From NCBI RefSeq assembly GCF_006345805.1, contig NC_043004.1, positions 15,996,001-16,060,000 of the forward strand: a stretch of 64,000 nt of DNA. The letters are read 5' to 3'. The notes beneath the pieces are model-generated. The model worked only from the letters and a program-made list of their open reading frames with translations. It had not been told where the DNA came from and ran no database searches. Numbering within the stretch: the stretch's first letter is position 1; every line of letters starts with the position of its first letter. The translations under genes were made by a program, and so were the position numbers. This DNA is from Octopus sinensis. Lineage: Eukaryota. This document shows, piece after piece, positions 25,480 to 37,951 of this stretch.

Positions 25480-26400
25480 CTAAATGAAACGAGGTTATAC
25501 CATTCTTGACCTTCTTCATTTGCAGCTATGATGTGGCAGATATTTTAGCTCTTGTGGAGCGAATCGACTTACACAATCTCGGAATGGAAACTGACATGTA
25601 ACTACGGATTGCATGTTGTTGACCATACAGTTTAAATAACGTCAATGAGCTACCACACGGAAATATTTGGAGAAGATATGATATGAAAATTCTAGAATAT
25701 TCTAGGAAATGCATTAGGTTCCAAATTATTCATTTCTTATATAAAACACTTTACAATGAGCCTGAACTAAAAGAGAAATTGCAAACCTTGCATAAGACTT
25801 AGGTATACATCTTGTGTACACAAATAGATATGCAACTTAACTGACACGTTTGGAGCTTCCCATAGATTACACCACCCAGTCTGCTTCAAAATACCTTGGA
25901 GTATTCAATGAAGAGTTCTATGCAATCGCACAGGTGAAATGTACGTAGGAACAGATTATATAAACTGGTATATATCGTAATTTCTCCTTAATGTTTGGTT
26001 TATAAACTTATCTTGAGAATTTGTCTTGAAAAAATTTGGGCTTGGTCAGTGAGATTTAAGATGATTATGTGCAATATACTTGTTACATAATGTTTTCAGT
26101 CATGTAGTAATATTACTATGTTGCCCAGTAAGTATAACTACCTACTCAGTCCAGTCTTGTAACTTACCTGACAGGGAACGGTCTATTTTCTTGCAATGAT
26201 ATAAGCAGTTGTATCATTGTACCGATTGCAGATTGTAAATAGATGTTACCGACTAGTTTAAATATATTAATTTCGTGATTGCTTTGAGGCAATATGGTAA
26301 TATGCAGCTAAATCTAAACCTTCTGTTTATGTTATTAGTCGATAGCTTTGATATCGTTGTTACATTTCACACTGAATAACCTCCTCTCTGTCTAGACTTC
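25480..26400 (-). mobile_element. Possible highly decayed Penelope-like RT core
   Basis: NIYLQSAIGTM (cf. Y.Q..GTAMG) and VYKP (cf. VYRKP) in broken frames. Confidence 0.3.
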
Positions 26401-26559
26401 TCGAGTATTGGCAATGAAATGGAATTGCTCTTAATTTTTTTCTTTATCATATTTCGGAATACTGATGCAATATTTTCTTTTCTAAATATTTCTCTTGTTT
26501 GTTGGTCAACACTTTTTCGAGTCGTAAGTTAAATTTCCACTTTATAGTTTGTTTTCTTC

Positions 26560-26564
26560 TTCTT

Positions 26565-26649
<85 letters not shown>

Positions 26650-26806
26650 ATATATTTTATATATATTATATATCTAATATATATATATATTACCACACAT
26701 ATTATATATAGTAAATTTCTTGTTGTTTTCACGTTGTTTATTACACTCCTCTATTTCTATTTGTTTCCAATATTATCTTTTCTCGATTGTATCGTGTATA
26801 TTATAT

Positions 26807-26837
<31 letters not shown>

Positions 26838-26848
26838 ATATATATATG

Positions 26849-26881
<33 letters not shown>

Positions 26882-26960
26882 GTACATATGTATATATGTA
26901 TATATATATATGTATATATATACATATGTATATATGTATTATATATATGTATATATATAT

Positions 26961-27010
<50 letters not shown>
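26560..27010. repeat. Complex (TA)n microsatellites
   Basis: Visible arrays. Confidence 0.95.
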
Positions 27011-27011
<1 letters not shown>

Positions 27012-27580
27012 CACATACATACACGTTCATTCACTTACCATTAAGTTTATTATGTTGAATCAATATTTTATTACTGAATGAAATAGAGTGCGTTAATAAC
27101 GGTTATCATACACGCTGCGTTCTGTGTGTTTTTCAATATATATGCGACCCTTATGTAGTCCTCTTCGTTATTTGTCTGCTGTATATTATCACTTTCAAGT
27201 TCTCCAGAATATTTTTATGGGTAACTCTTGATTTAATTGACTGTTTTTTTTATAATTTCAAACGTTCACATTCTCATCATAGTTTCAATGCATTCCATTA
27301 AACCTACCACTATTTTATACGTTGCTGTATTAACATTAGATTTTCGTAAATCATTTTTTCTTGTAAATATTTTTAAAGCATCACTTTAGAGGAGCTGATT
27401 TAAAATAGTCCATAGTATCTGTAATATTTTATCTGAAATGTCATAATGAATTGCCTTTGAGAAATTCTTTTCATTATGGAGACATGTCTCAACGTTATTA
27501 TTGTCTTTTTTTCTTCTAGAGATACGAAGTTTTTTCCAGTCATTACATGTAATATACATTATTCTGCTATATATATATAT

Positions 27581-27743
27581 AGTCGCAGGAGTGGCAGTGT
27601 GTTAAGTAGCTTGCTTACCAACCACATGGTTCCGGGTACATTCCCACTGCGTGGCACCTTGGGCAATTTTCTTCTACTATAGCGTCGGGCAGACCAAACC
27701 CTTGTGAGTGGATTTGGTAGACGGAAACTGAAAGAAACTCGTC

Positions 27744-27783
<40 letters not shown>

Positions 27784-27990
27784 CTGTGTGTATATGTTTG
27801 TGTGTCTATGTTTTTCCCTCCAACATCGCTTGCCAACCGATGCCGGTGTGTTTACATCCCCGTAACTTAGTCCGATAGAATAAGTACTAGGTTTACAAAG
27901 AATGAATCGTGGGTCCATTTTTTTCGACTGAAGGCAGTGCTCTAGCATAGCCACAATCAAATTATTGGAACAAGTTAAAGAGTGAAATAG
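27581..27990 (+). mobile_element. SINE family B copy
   Basis: gtcgcaggagtggcagtgtgttaagtagcttgcttaccaaccacatggttccggg... Confidence 0.88.
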
Positions 27991-28916
27991 TAAAAGAATA
28001 TATATAATATAATATATATATATATATATATACATACATTCATACATATATGAATATACACACACTCTCGTTAATTATGTGTGGTGCCTCTCATGTGAAA
28101 GTGTAGAGTTCACTTTTAAATGCATTTCCGTATTGAATGCTAGATATGGTCATGTATATTTTCAGATTGTTTCTTTTTCCTATAATCCGCTCCATTTATA
28201 GCAGTTGCTCATATAACTGGAGCTATTCACTGCTCTTGCATTTCTTTTTTTGTTTTTGTGATGTTATTTTGCTTCAGATACATAAATAATTATTGCATAA
28301 TGTTGTTGCAAAGATATTTTACGATGTTACCACGCCAAAATTATAGATCTGCACTACCTAAGTCTATTATTTTGAGAGTGGATGGGTGGTGTATACCCAT
28401 TTAGCAAGCATTCAGATGTTGCTCCAAGCTTACTTAATAGCTTGTCAAAGGTGGGTGTCCCGTATCTTAGATACGGTCTCTGCCCCTATCAAAAGGTTCC
28501 TACTCGGGTGCTCGAGTCAGTACTGAGTGAAAAGAGTTTTTTTTAAATACATTTCTTGTGTTCTCATCTGATTTTCAATTGTCAATATTCTCGCGAGTCC
28601 GTTGTCTGTTATTGCACATCAAAATGGGGTGATATTGGATTTCATATTGAATTTTCCCACTTCAGTTATTGTTCGCTGTGATTTTCGCATATTCTGCTGA
28701 CTGAAATTGCAATCTATTCTACACAAGTCTGCTTGAATTTCTGATGGTGTTATTAATTAACCCGGTTTTAACTTTTTCCTTAATAATCATGAAATATAAC
28801 TTCGATTTAATTCAAAACCATTATTGGTTGGCAAGTTTGAGCTTATTCTGTCTGTCACCTCGCTGATTTGATTTAAACATTTCTTTTGCTGCAGAATGTC
28901 TACGTTCATTTTTATA

Positions 28917-29143
28917 AAGTAATCCCTCGCCATATCGCGGTTCACATATTGCAGTTTATTAGTTAAGCTTACGTCGATGCCTCCGTAGTGTTGTTTTGAA
29001 TTTATAATAAAATTAATATATACAAATTATAAAAGTAGTTTTATAAAATATACAGAATATATAGTACTGTTTCTACTTTGCGGAATTTCACCTATCACGA
29101 GTGTTTTTGGAAGGTAACACCTGCGCTAATCGAGGGATTACTG
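28917..29143. mobile_element. Tigger/pogo-like MITE
   Basis: TIRs (a/c)AGTAATCCCTCG at 28917 and CGAGGGATTACTG ending 29143, TA on both sides. Confidence 0.75.
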
Positions 29144-29389
29144 TACTGTTTTATTATTTAGGTTTCATCCTGTGTGCTGTGAGTTACCTCGGTTACCCTC
29201 TATTTTATTTCGCTTCACATAGATAGATCTTACATTAATGTTTCAGTCTTAGGCCTTATATTCCATTGCATGTTTTGCTAGCTAGTTTTCCTGTGATTGG
29301 CTAATTCTATTGGGGTCAGGCTTGGTTTTCTTCGTTGGTATATATTAAAACAGAAAGAATTGTTTAGTACGTTAATATTTCAGGAGGCT

Positions 29390-29607
29390 AAGGCAGCGAT
29401 CTGGCAGAAAAGTTAGCACGCCGGGAGAAATGCATAGCGGTATTCGTCTGTCTTTACGTTCTGAGTTCAAATTCCGCCAAGGTTGACTTTGCCTTCCATC
29501 CTTTCGGGGTTGATAAATTAAGTACAAGTTGTGTACTGGGGTCGATTTAATCGACTGTCCCCCCACCTCCTCAAACATTTCTGGCCTTGTGCCTACAGTA
29601 GAAAAGA
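29390..29607 (+). mobile_element. SINE family A copy (tail type 2)
   Basis: aaggcagcgatctggcagaaaagttagcacgccggg...ctggccttgtgcctacagtagaaaag. Confidence 0.88.
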
Positions 29608-29884
29608 CTTAGCGCTAATGCTACCCGTTTTAAACAGTTATTTATATCCTGCTGGTGCAACTGATTGCTTGAATTACATGGTTATGCCTTGGTCCCCAGG
29701 AACAATTCATAGAATACCCTCCAAATATATTAAATACTCTTCACTTGCGAATATCCTCTGTCAAAGATAGTTTAAGAGTCAAATCATTAGTAGTATATAT
29801 GGTACGAATGCGGCAAGATGGCAGAATCATCAACGCGTCAGACAAACTGCTAAGAGGCTCTTCACATTCGTAGTTTATTTACAT

Positions 29885-30180
29885 ATTTATTTATGCGCCC
29901 TTTTCAAGGCTAGCCAGGCTCACGGGCTCGTATGTATCCCCCCTCCAGCTGGACGGGACGCCAGTTCATCGCAGCGTTATTGAAGAAACAGGAAGGAAGC
30001 GTGAGAGAATTTTGGGGTGAAAGAGTACAATAGGGGTCGCCACCACTCCGTACCGGAGCCTCGTGGAGCTTTTAGTTGTTTTCGCTCAATAAACACACAC
30101 AACGCCCGGTATGGGAATCGAAACCGCGATCCTCCGACCGCGAATGCGCTGCCCTAACCACTAGGCCATTGCGCCTCCAC
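29885..30180 (-). mobile_element. SINE family C copy
   Basis: Minus strand tgtggaggcgcaatggcctagtggttagggcagcg...ggtttcgattccc (A/B boxes). Confidence 0.85.
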
Positions 30181-30751
30181 AGTTGCTATACTACCGGGGT
30201 GAAATTTGTCTTTCATCATAGCGAGATCGATAAACCAATGTACCAGTCTGGTAGCGGGCATCTTGTAATCGCCGAATACATTCCCACTGAAAAATTACTA
30301 GACTTTTGCAGAAATAAGAAATTGCTATAAATACTATGAAAAATGATACGTTCATACAAGGAAATAAACATTTCAATTACTCAACGGGTGACTCTGTCAT
30401 TAATTATATAAGTTTTTTTCTTTCCAAGAAGAGAGTGTGGAACGATGAAAGTCTTTAAAGTCTTGTAAATACTGGAGGAAAGTTTATTGTACACTAGTGA
30501 CTGGCGCATGAAGGAAACTCCACTAGTTCATACATGTTTTGTAGTCATACATTACTTCCGAAAATGTTAATATTCTGCCTCACCTATACATCTCATTACC
30601 AAATCTTATTTCCCTTCTCCTCTACCTTTCTTACAATTACTACTAACCCCAACCCAGCTATGATATATTCTTTTATTCTGTTACTTGTTTAGTTGAACTA
30701 ACTGACCCCCAAAGCTTATTCTTTGTAAGCCCAATACTTATTCTATCGGTT

Positions 30752-31424
30752 TCTTTGTGGAAAATGGCGATTTGACGTCTATATCTAGCATGTTGACTGT
30801 CCACCTTTTCGTGTTCAGTCCTTAATTGGTATATATAAATATTTTAATCTTCGGATTCTTTTTAATGTGCTAGACCACTGGTTTTAATTGACTAATATCA
30901 ATTTCTACCCTTAATTTTTAAATATGAAATATATGTTCTCAAACCGATAAATGACTGCTGCTAATTTATTAACTGCAGGCTAGTTTTCGATTATCAGCGC
31001 GCCAAAAGTAGAGGCATTCGAAGATACATCCGAACGTAATAGGTTGTACTTTTTGCATGCGGGACTCCGGTACCGTTTTTCATCTAGTACAGCATATTAT
31101 GCTCATAACAAACTACGCTGATGAAGTTACAGATATCCTTGTGATATTAATAGCTGAAACTGCAGTACGTAGGTAATTATTCCATTTAGTATTTTTCTTT
31201 TGTCTCATCCATTGCTTTAGGTCGTGCTGAATTTTATTTTTATTTGAGAACAAAATCTTTGTGGAGAATGGCGATTTGACGTCTATATCTAGCATGTTGA
31301 CTGTCCACCTTTTCGTGTTCAGTCCTTAATTGGTATATATAAATATTTTAATCTTCGGATTCTTTTTAATGTGCTAGACCACTGGTTTTAATTGACTAAT
31401 ATCAATTTCTACCCTTAATTTTTA

Positions 31425-31429
<5 letters not shown>
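30752..31429 (+). mobile_element. Retrozyme/solo-pLTR-like element: 504-bp unit plus 174-bp terminal direct repeat, containing a hammerhead
   Basis: 30752-30925 and 31256-31429 identical except 30762 A vs 31266 G; canonical HHR between them; no long ORF. Confidence 0.75.
31113..31172 (+). ncRNA. Type I hammerhead ribozyme, canonical core
   Basis: CTACG-CTGATGA-AGTTA..ATATC CTTGT GATAT..TAGCT-GAAA-CTGCA-GTA^CGTAG; 5-bp stem I, extended stem II, palindromic ACTGCAGT stem III; predicted cleavage after 31167. Confidence 0.88.
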
Positions 31430-31469
<40 letters not shown>

Positions 31470-31633
31470 ATATACGACGGACTTCATTCACTTTCCGTCT
31501 ACCAAACCCCAACTCTCAAGGTTTGGTCGGCTCAAGTTGCAATGCAGTGGGATTGAACCCAGAACTATGTGACTGAAAAACAAGCTTCTTACCACTCACC
31601 CACTCCTACGCCTATTCAAAAGATGTGTGTGTA

Positions 31634-32394
31634 CAAGGTACGCTGGGTAAATTGTCGCCATTACATATTTTTTATTTCATGCATGCGCATTGTTTTTTCT
31701 TTATTTATATCGTATCGTCATCGTCAGTTGGACACCATCTATGTGAAAAACACCACAATGACACAATGACGCGATTCAGTCTGCCAAAAATTTGTAAACA
31801 ACATGCTGTACTTCTTGACATTCGCACCGGAATCTCCAATACGAATATTTCAGAGTGTTTAGATGTCAGTCTGAGGACGTACAACACAGAGATCCACATC
31901 AAGTGCCTGGAGGAGGTAGTGCTGCCCTGGATCAAGAGGGTGGCTGCTGGAAGACCCTATTTCTGGAAACAGGACTCTACACAAAGTCACACAAGCAGTA
32001 GAACCCAGTCAAGGCTCTCAAATAATTTCTGCGACTACATCACCCCTAACATCTGGCTACCTAATTCGCCAGACTGCAACCCCCTTGATTATTATGCGTG
32101 GAGCGCAGTTGAGCGAGAGACCATAAAACACCTTATAATACCAAAGATGAATTAAAGACAAGGATTATGGCAACATTCACCAACTTAAACGAGGAGACGG
32201 TCCAGAAGTGTTGCAGCAGATTTCGAACTAGTCTGGAGGCCGTGGTTGAAGCCAATGTCGATTTTATTGAATGTATTTACACTTTAGTTTTTCAAGATTT
32301 TATGTAATTCTGGTAATTACAGCTGTGAAAATGCGACGTCAGTGATATTTTTATTTTTGCCTAGTTTAGACGCCAGTTAATTCACAGCACCATG
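31634..32394 (+). mobile_element. maT (DD37D) transposon, internally deleted
   Basis: ORF 31625-32155 has WKQDSTQSH...WLPNSPDCNPLDYYAW with 37 residues between the last two Asp; degenerate TIRs caaggtacgctgggtaaattg / cagttaattcacagcaccatg; TA flanks. Confidence 0.85.
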
Positions 32395-32400
32395 TATGTA

Positions 32401-33648
32401 TTAGGCTGAATAAAAAGTAAGCAACGTTTTGAAACATAGAATTCAGTGTGTTTCAACAATGCGGAAATTTTATTCATCAAAGGATGTACTATTACAATCA
32501 ACACATTTTTGCCAACGCGTTACATGTTTGTTTACTCCAGCCACATAAAAATCTGAAGTTCTGGAGCTAATTAACTCTTTGAACGCACTTTCAATATTGG
32601 TTTGATTATTGAACAACTTCTCTCGCAAGAAACCATCAAAGTATTGAAAAGGTGGTAGTCGGTAGGAGAAAGGTCTGGAGAATAAGCTGGGAGAAGAATG
32701 ATTTCGTAACCAAGTTCCCTCGACCTCTGGAGCGTCATTAGGTAAACGTGTAGTCGAACATCGTCATGGAGTATGATTGGCCCTCCTCTGTTGACCAGTG
32801 TAGGACGGGTGAGTAGCAGTTTCTCGTTCATTTCAGCAATTTCATGGCAATACTTTTCTGTAGTGTTGGTTTTCCCGGCTTTTAAGAAGTTATAGTGGAT
32901 GCGTCTAGCAGTACACCACCAAACAGTCACCATAACCTGCTTTTTAAAGAGCTTGGGTTTAAAGAAGATTTTCGATGCTTCATTTTGGTCCAAACACTGC
33001 GAAGAACGTTTTATTATTATTGTACAGAATCCAGTTTCTATCACAAGTTACAATATGGTCACGAAATGGATCTGTCTGTCTGTGGAGAAGAAGTGAAGAG
33101 CAAATTTCCTATCTGCGCATTTTCTGATTTCCTTTCAAATCGTGTGGTACACATTTGTTGAGCTTTTTTGATTTTCCAATCGCATGAAAATGGTTGCAGG
33201 CAGTTTTCTGGCTTGAATTACTATTGCCAGTTCTCGAGTGGTTTTACGTGGATCTTTCTCAATGATGGTCTTTAATTGACCGTCATCAATGCCAGATGGG
33301 CATCCACTACGCTCACGATCTTCAAGGTTCAGGTCTCCACTTCGAAGTCATTTAAACCATTTTTGAGCTGACCATTTACAGGTCAATGTTTCGTTGATAT
33401 TACGAGCAGTTTCAGGTGCTTTACATCCTTTTTTGAAGTTGAATACAAAATTGCTTTGGCAGTTCTATTTCAGATGATTGTAACAGCGGTGAGAAAATAT
33501 CAATGTTGTTTTATTTATGTATTTCGGCAAGTCTATGTCTGACAATTGCAAAATTTTGTTGTTGTTTTTTTTCTAATTCAAACATCTGCAAAAATCCGGT
33601 ACAAATTCTTTATGGCTCAAAACGTTGCTTACTTTTTAATCAACCTAA
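32401..33648 (-). mobile_element. Full-length decayed mariner (DD34D, cecropia/Hsmar1-like)
   Basis: TIRs TTAGGCTGAATAAAAAGTAAGCAACGTTTTGA and TCAAAACGTTGCTTACTTTTTAATCAACCTAA, TA flanks; VMVTVWW, IILHDD...AYSPDLSPTDYHLF with 34-residue spacing; frameshifted. Confidence 0.93.
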
Positions 33649-33684
33649 TATATTTGACTAACTGACTGAGAGACTGACTGGCTG

Positions 33685-33925
33685 AATGTCACTCCGTCGC
33701 TTGCGACGACGAAGGTTCCAGTTGATCAGATCACCGGGACAGCCTGTTCGGGAAATTAACGTGGATGTGGTTGAGCACTCCACAGTCACGCGTGCACTTA
33801 TTGTAGTTCACACGCATCTTCAGCATGACACAAAATACAGGTACTACTCACTTTTGCGGGTTGAGTGGACTGGAGTAAAGTGAAATAAAGTGAGTGCTGA
33901 AGAACAAAACGCGCCGCCGAGAATC
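33685..33925 (-). mobile_element. SINE family D copy (conserved central domain)
   Basis: Minus strand ttcgattctcggcggcgcgttttgttcttcagcac..tttatttcactttactccagtccactcaac; related to 51875-52095. Confidence 0.7.
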
Positions 33926-34089
33926 GAATGTGATCCGATTGCCCTAATCACATAAATCACGAACCTAGTGTAAAAGAATCCGCGAAGACTTTACCCATAT
34001 CATTCTTCTTTTAACATGCACACATTCAAATACACTGACAGACATATACCCATGCGAGTTCTTGCACACGCCCCATCAAACACGCGCTT

Positions 34090-34120
<31 letters not shown>

Positions 34121-34254
34121 CTTGTGTGTTTGTGTGTGTGTTTGTGTGTGTGTGTGTAGATATATATGTCTGCGTGTAAGAACATCCTGGTGATTCCAGT
34201 GGAGAAAGTGGAGAGATATGAATAAGGATGAGAAATACAAGGTAACCATAAGAT

Positions 34255-34420
34255 CTGAATATATGGGATTTGGAGACGTGGCCGTTTGGGATGGGCTCCT
34301 CGATTACCAGAAATTATTGCACTAGATTTCGTTTTCTGGGGTATGCTAAAGGGTAAGGGTTACTCATTAGAAATTACAGATATGAATCAATTATTGCTGA
34401 AATTGAGAGAAGTGTCGATT
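34255..34420 (+). mobile_element. Tc1/mariner-superfamily transposase C-terminal fragment
   Basis: RGRLGWAPRLPEIIALDFVFWGMLKGKGY (cf. WPPRSPDLTPLDFFLWGYLK..VY). Confidence 0.55.
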
Positions 34421-36008
34421 TAGAGTTTGCGGTTCAGGTGAATCATCCAAAGGCATGGAACTTTCCAACACAAATAACGGAAGCACTTGGCCGTAATAGA
34501 ATACACCTGCTGTAGGTGTCACGCAGTGGCACTGAACACACAAATGTGTGTGTGTGTGTGTGTCTGTGTGTGTATGTGTGTGTGTGTGTGTGTGTGTAGA
34601 TATTGAGAAAAACCAATACATTATTTATTTATTCGTCGATAATTGCAAAACATTTTCTTCAAATATATATCTATATAGTTGCAATATGCTAACGCAACAA
34701 TTGCAGTTGTGTGACATGAACATGGTAGAATGTTTTTATGTGTCTACCGTAATACTTTACTCAAGGATTGTTTAATATTATAATACAGGACGTATTTTTT
34801 TCTGTTCGAAAAGAGTAAGGCTTCTATTCTTAGTAATTTGACTTCATCTAAATGATATGGCATTTTCTAAGAAGTTACATCATCTTATCTGGTAACGGCA
34901 AATTGCCTACAGGATAAACTATATATTCTATTAAATTTGCTATACAGAAGAATCTTAAGATACGGTGCACGGAATAAGCTATTTAAAGCACATTGATATC
35001 CATTAGAAAATCAACGCAGTCGTCTGTTCTGCATGTGACAGCAGGGGAAAAGCCCACTAATTACAACATTCTGTCTTAAAGATAGAGATATTGATCCATA
35101 TACACCCTCGTACGCCGTTCTCGAAAACAAGCAATAATATTTACAAATAGAATCCGTATCATCATAGGTCTGTTCACTCTGTTTTAGTGGAGCTGAAAAA
35201 CTAGCACTGGAAGCAATAACAAAGCATCTTAATATAACGAAGACTGCGTCAACCTGTTTATAAATAAAATACCAAAATGAACAAGTTATCTTTCACAAAA
35301 CTAAAGCAAGAGATTGTTATTTTTTAATTTTTCTTTCTTTTTTTTCTTTGATAATACGATATATTTAATTACAGATAATACAAAAGTGGACATTAGCTCC
35401 CAGGATTTTTTCAGGAACGTGTAGGCGAAGTTGTCTGTTTCGTCAGTGCTTCATTTCACAGGAGAAATGCAGCGTGTAAAACTGCTCAGTGTTGCGTAAA
35501 CAAGAGCAAATCTCATGTCATATTCTTCTTTACTGGGTACGAAGTACACCATCAAAATCTCACAAAATATTCGTGTTGGTTTTAAGTTTTTCATATATGT
35601 TTAGTTTAGTCTTTTGAAATCTTTTTTTCCTTTTGTTTTCCTTTGAAGCATTAATCCCATATGAATTTTCTTTTCCTTTTACAAATTAGAATTTTTTGTG
35701 CAAAATATAAATGAAGTAGAAATGATTATGTTTACTTTACAATGGACTTTGTAACTTTTCTCTTCGGATTAGTTATGTGAACAGATTTCTATAGTCATTC
35801 AATTTTATAGTTTGCTGTAATCTCAATGGAGAAGTTAATGCAATAAACGCAATCAACTAAGAGTATATATCCGAAAGAAACGAAACGGAATGAAGTGGTT
35901 TGAAGTTGACCAAGTCGAAAACAATATATTTCGCAGAATGCTTTAAAATGCTAAAAACTTCTTCACTACTAAAGAACCTAATTCACAGTAGCTGAAAAAT
36001 TATGAATG

Positions 36009-36046
<38 letters not shown>

Positions 36047-36111
36047 TATATACTTGTGTGTGTGTGTTTATATATTTTTATAAAAAGTGTAGGTGACATA
36101 CGAATGTGCAT

Positions 36112-36340
36112 ATTCTTTTACTCTGTCACTCTTGTACTTGTTTCAGTCATTTGACTACGGCCTGCTGGAGTATCGCCTTTAATCGAGCAAATCGAACGAG
36201 GACTTGTTCTTTGTAAGCCTAGTAATTATTCAATCGGCGTCTTTTGCCGAACCGCTAAGGTACAGGGACGTAAACACGCCACCATCGGTTGTCAAGCAAT
36301 GTTGGGAGACAAACACACACACACACAAACACACAAGCAC

Positions 36341-36388
<48 letters not shown>

Positions 36389-36555
36389 TTATACGACGGG
36401 CTTCTTGCAGTTTCCGTCTATCAAATCCACTCACAAGGCTTTGGTTGGCCTGAGGCTATAGTAGAAGATACTTACCCAAGGTGCCACGCAGTGGGACTGA
36501 ACCCGGAACCATGTGGTTGGTAAGCAAGCTACTTACCACACAGTCACTCCTGCAT
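36112..36555 (-). mobile_element. SINE family B copy
   Basis: Reverse complement of family B consensus with expanded central (CA)(TA). Confidence 0.9.
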
Positions 36556-36839
36556 CTGTGTATATTTATAAAAAGAAGTTTGCAAACGCCACTATATAAG
36601 ATAAATTTTAATTTTCTTAGAGATTTTACATGTCTCGGTTCTACTTGAAAAAACGAACTTTATCAAAAATATTTTTAAAAGTTAAGTGTAATAAAAATGT
36701 TCATAATTATTTCTCACTAGTCTCAACAGCCTCCATGTGGTAGTGTTTTGTGGGGATGGAACATAATGGCTGTCTTGTGTATTGACTAGAATCGTTAGCT
36801 GTAATCGTGAAAGTGACCGTTGGCCGTAATAGTAGTAGT

Positions 36840-36841
<2 letters not shown>

Positions 36842-36928
<87 letters not shown>

Positions 36929-37020
36929 AATGTGTATGCATGTATAACACGTACATATATACTTCTATATATACATACATATATACATATATATATGTAT
37001 ACATATATATGTATTATGTA
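36842..37020. repeat. (TA)n microsatellite
   Basis: Visible array. Confidence 0.95.
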
Positions 37021-37210
37021 TGTTAGTATGTGTAGAATGAAAAGGCTTTAATTCAAGTCATTACAATAGTTTCTGTGCATTAGCATCAGCTAGTAATTGT
37101 CCAGTGTTTCATACGTTATACACATTATTGCATGAACATGATATCATACCAAAATAGCTTTTTACATGGATGTCCTTAGGCGACTGGGTTCGAAGAGTTT
37201 ATGTGTGTTG

Positions 37211-37248
<38 letters not shown>

Positions 37249-37384
37249 TTAATTTTAAAAAACGAGGAAAGCACAACAAGAAAAAACAACACGAGGACAT
37301 GGTACATGCAAAGTATTAGCAAAAGCTCAGGGAAGAAAATAGTAGTTTTACAGCTAGGCGCAATATAATATAAAAAAAAATTTC

Positions 37385-37888
37385 TATCGTCAGTGAATGT
37401 GAATAAGGGTGCCAAGACACCTGCATTGCTAGAAATAGGAGTAGAATATTTCTTGTACTGTAAGAAGTTTGCAAATTTATACACATACGCAGACAGAGGA
37501 CGACACTGCTCCATGTCCAAAACAAGTATGTCTCGAAACTAGACATCTAGTTTCGAATATTTTCGTACATTTGCTCAGTGAATATGGTAAATACGGTAAA
37601 TACCTATATGTTAAATACATATATATTTTGTAAATACATATACGGTAAATATATATGTGCTGACTAGTGGAATTCGCCACCGCTAGCCGATCGGGCAGCT
37701 CTCACTGACGAAGAGTACGGAAATACGTGAAACTAGACTCTAGTCAGGGATATTCTCAGTTCGGTTATGGGGTGGTTTCTTCCCACTGCCAGTGTATTTG
37801 TATATATTCGCACTCTTCTTACAGCACAAGGAGCTTTCTACTCCTATTTCTAGCAATGCAGGTGCCTCAACTCCTCTTAGTCACATTT
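37385..37888. mobile_element. Divergent inverted pair of pLTR-like units, each with an HHR motif
   Basis: Reverse complement of 37385-37480 aligns with 37795-37888 (cttcttacag.acaag...ttctactcctatttctagcaatgcaggtg); HHR motifs at 37540-37582 (-) and 37699-37750 (+). Confidence 0.7.
37699..37750 (+). ncRNA. Type I hammerhead motif with full stem III
   Basis: TCTCA-CTGACGA-AGA GTA CGGAAA TAC GT-GAA-ACTAG ACT CTAGT-C^AGGGA; GUC triplet; stems I and II imperfect. Confidence 0.7.
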
Positions 37889-37900
37889 AGTGACGATTGA

Positions 37901-37950
<50 letters not shown>

Positions 37951-37951
<1 letters not shown>

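Larger units (their letters stand above)
30665..31613 (-). mobile_element. SINE family B split by the HHR element (3' piece 30665-30755, 5' piece about 31471-31613)
   Basis: ttattctttgtaagcccaatacttattctatcggtttc on the left; tatacgacggacttc...ccactcctacgcc on the right; middle of the SINE missing. Confidence 0.7.

Noticed and set aside
27039-27073. Minus-strand candidate 35-nt exon ([11 protein letters not shown])
   Set aside because: Splice-like signals are common in AT-rich DNA; no recognisable protein and no partner exons.
14885-30180. tRNA genes at SINE heads (for example 15080-15140, 30110-30180)
   Set aside because: A/B boxes are present but continue into SINE bodies; no complete cloverleaf.
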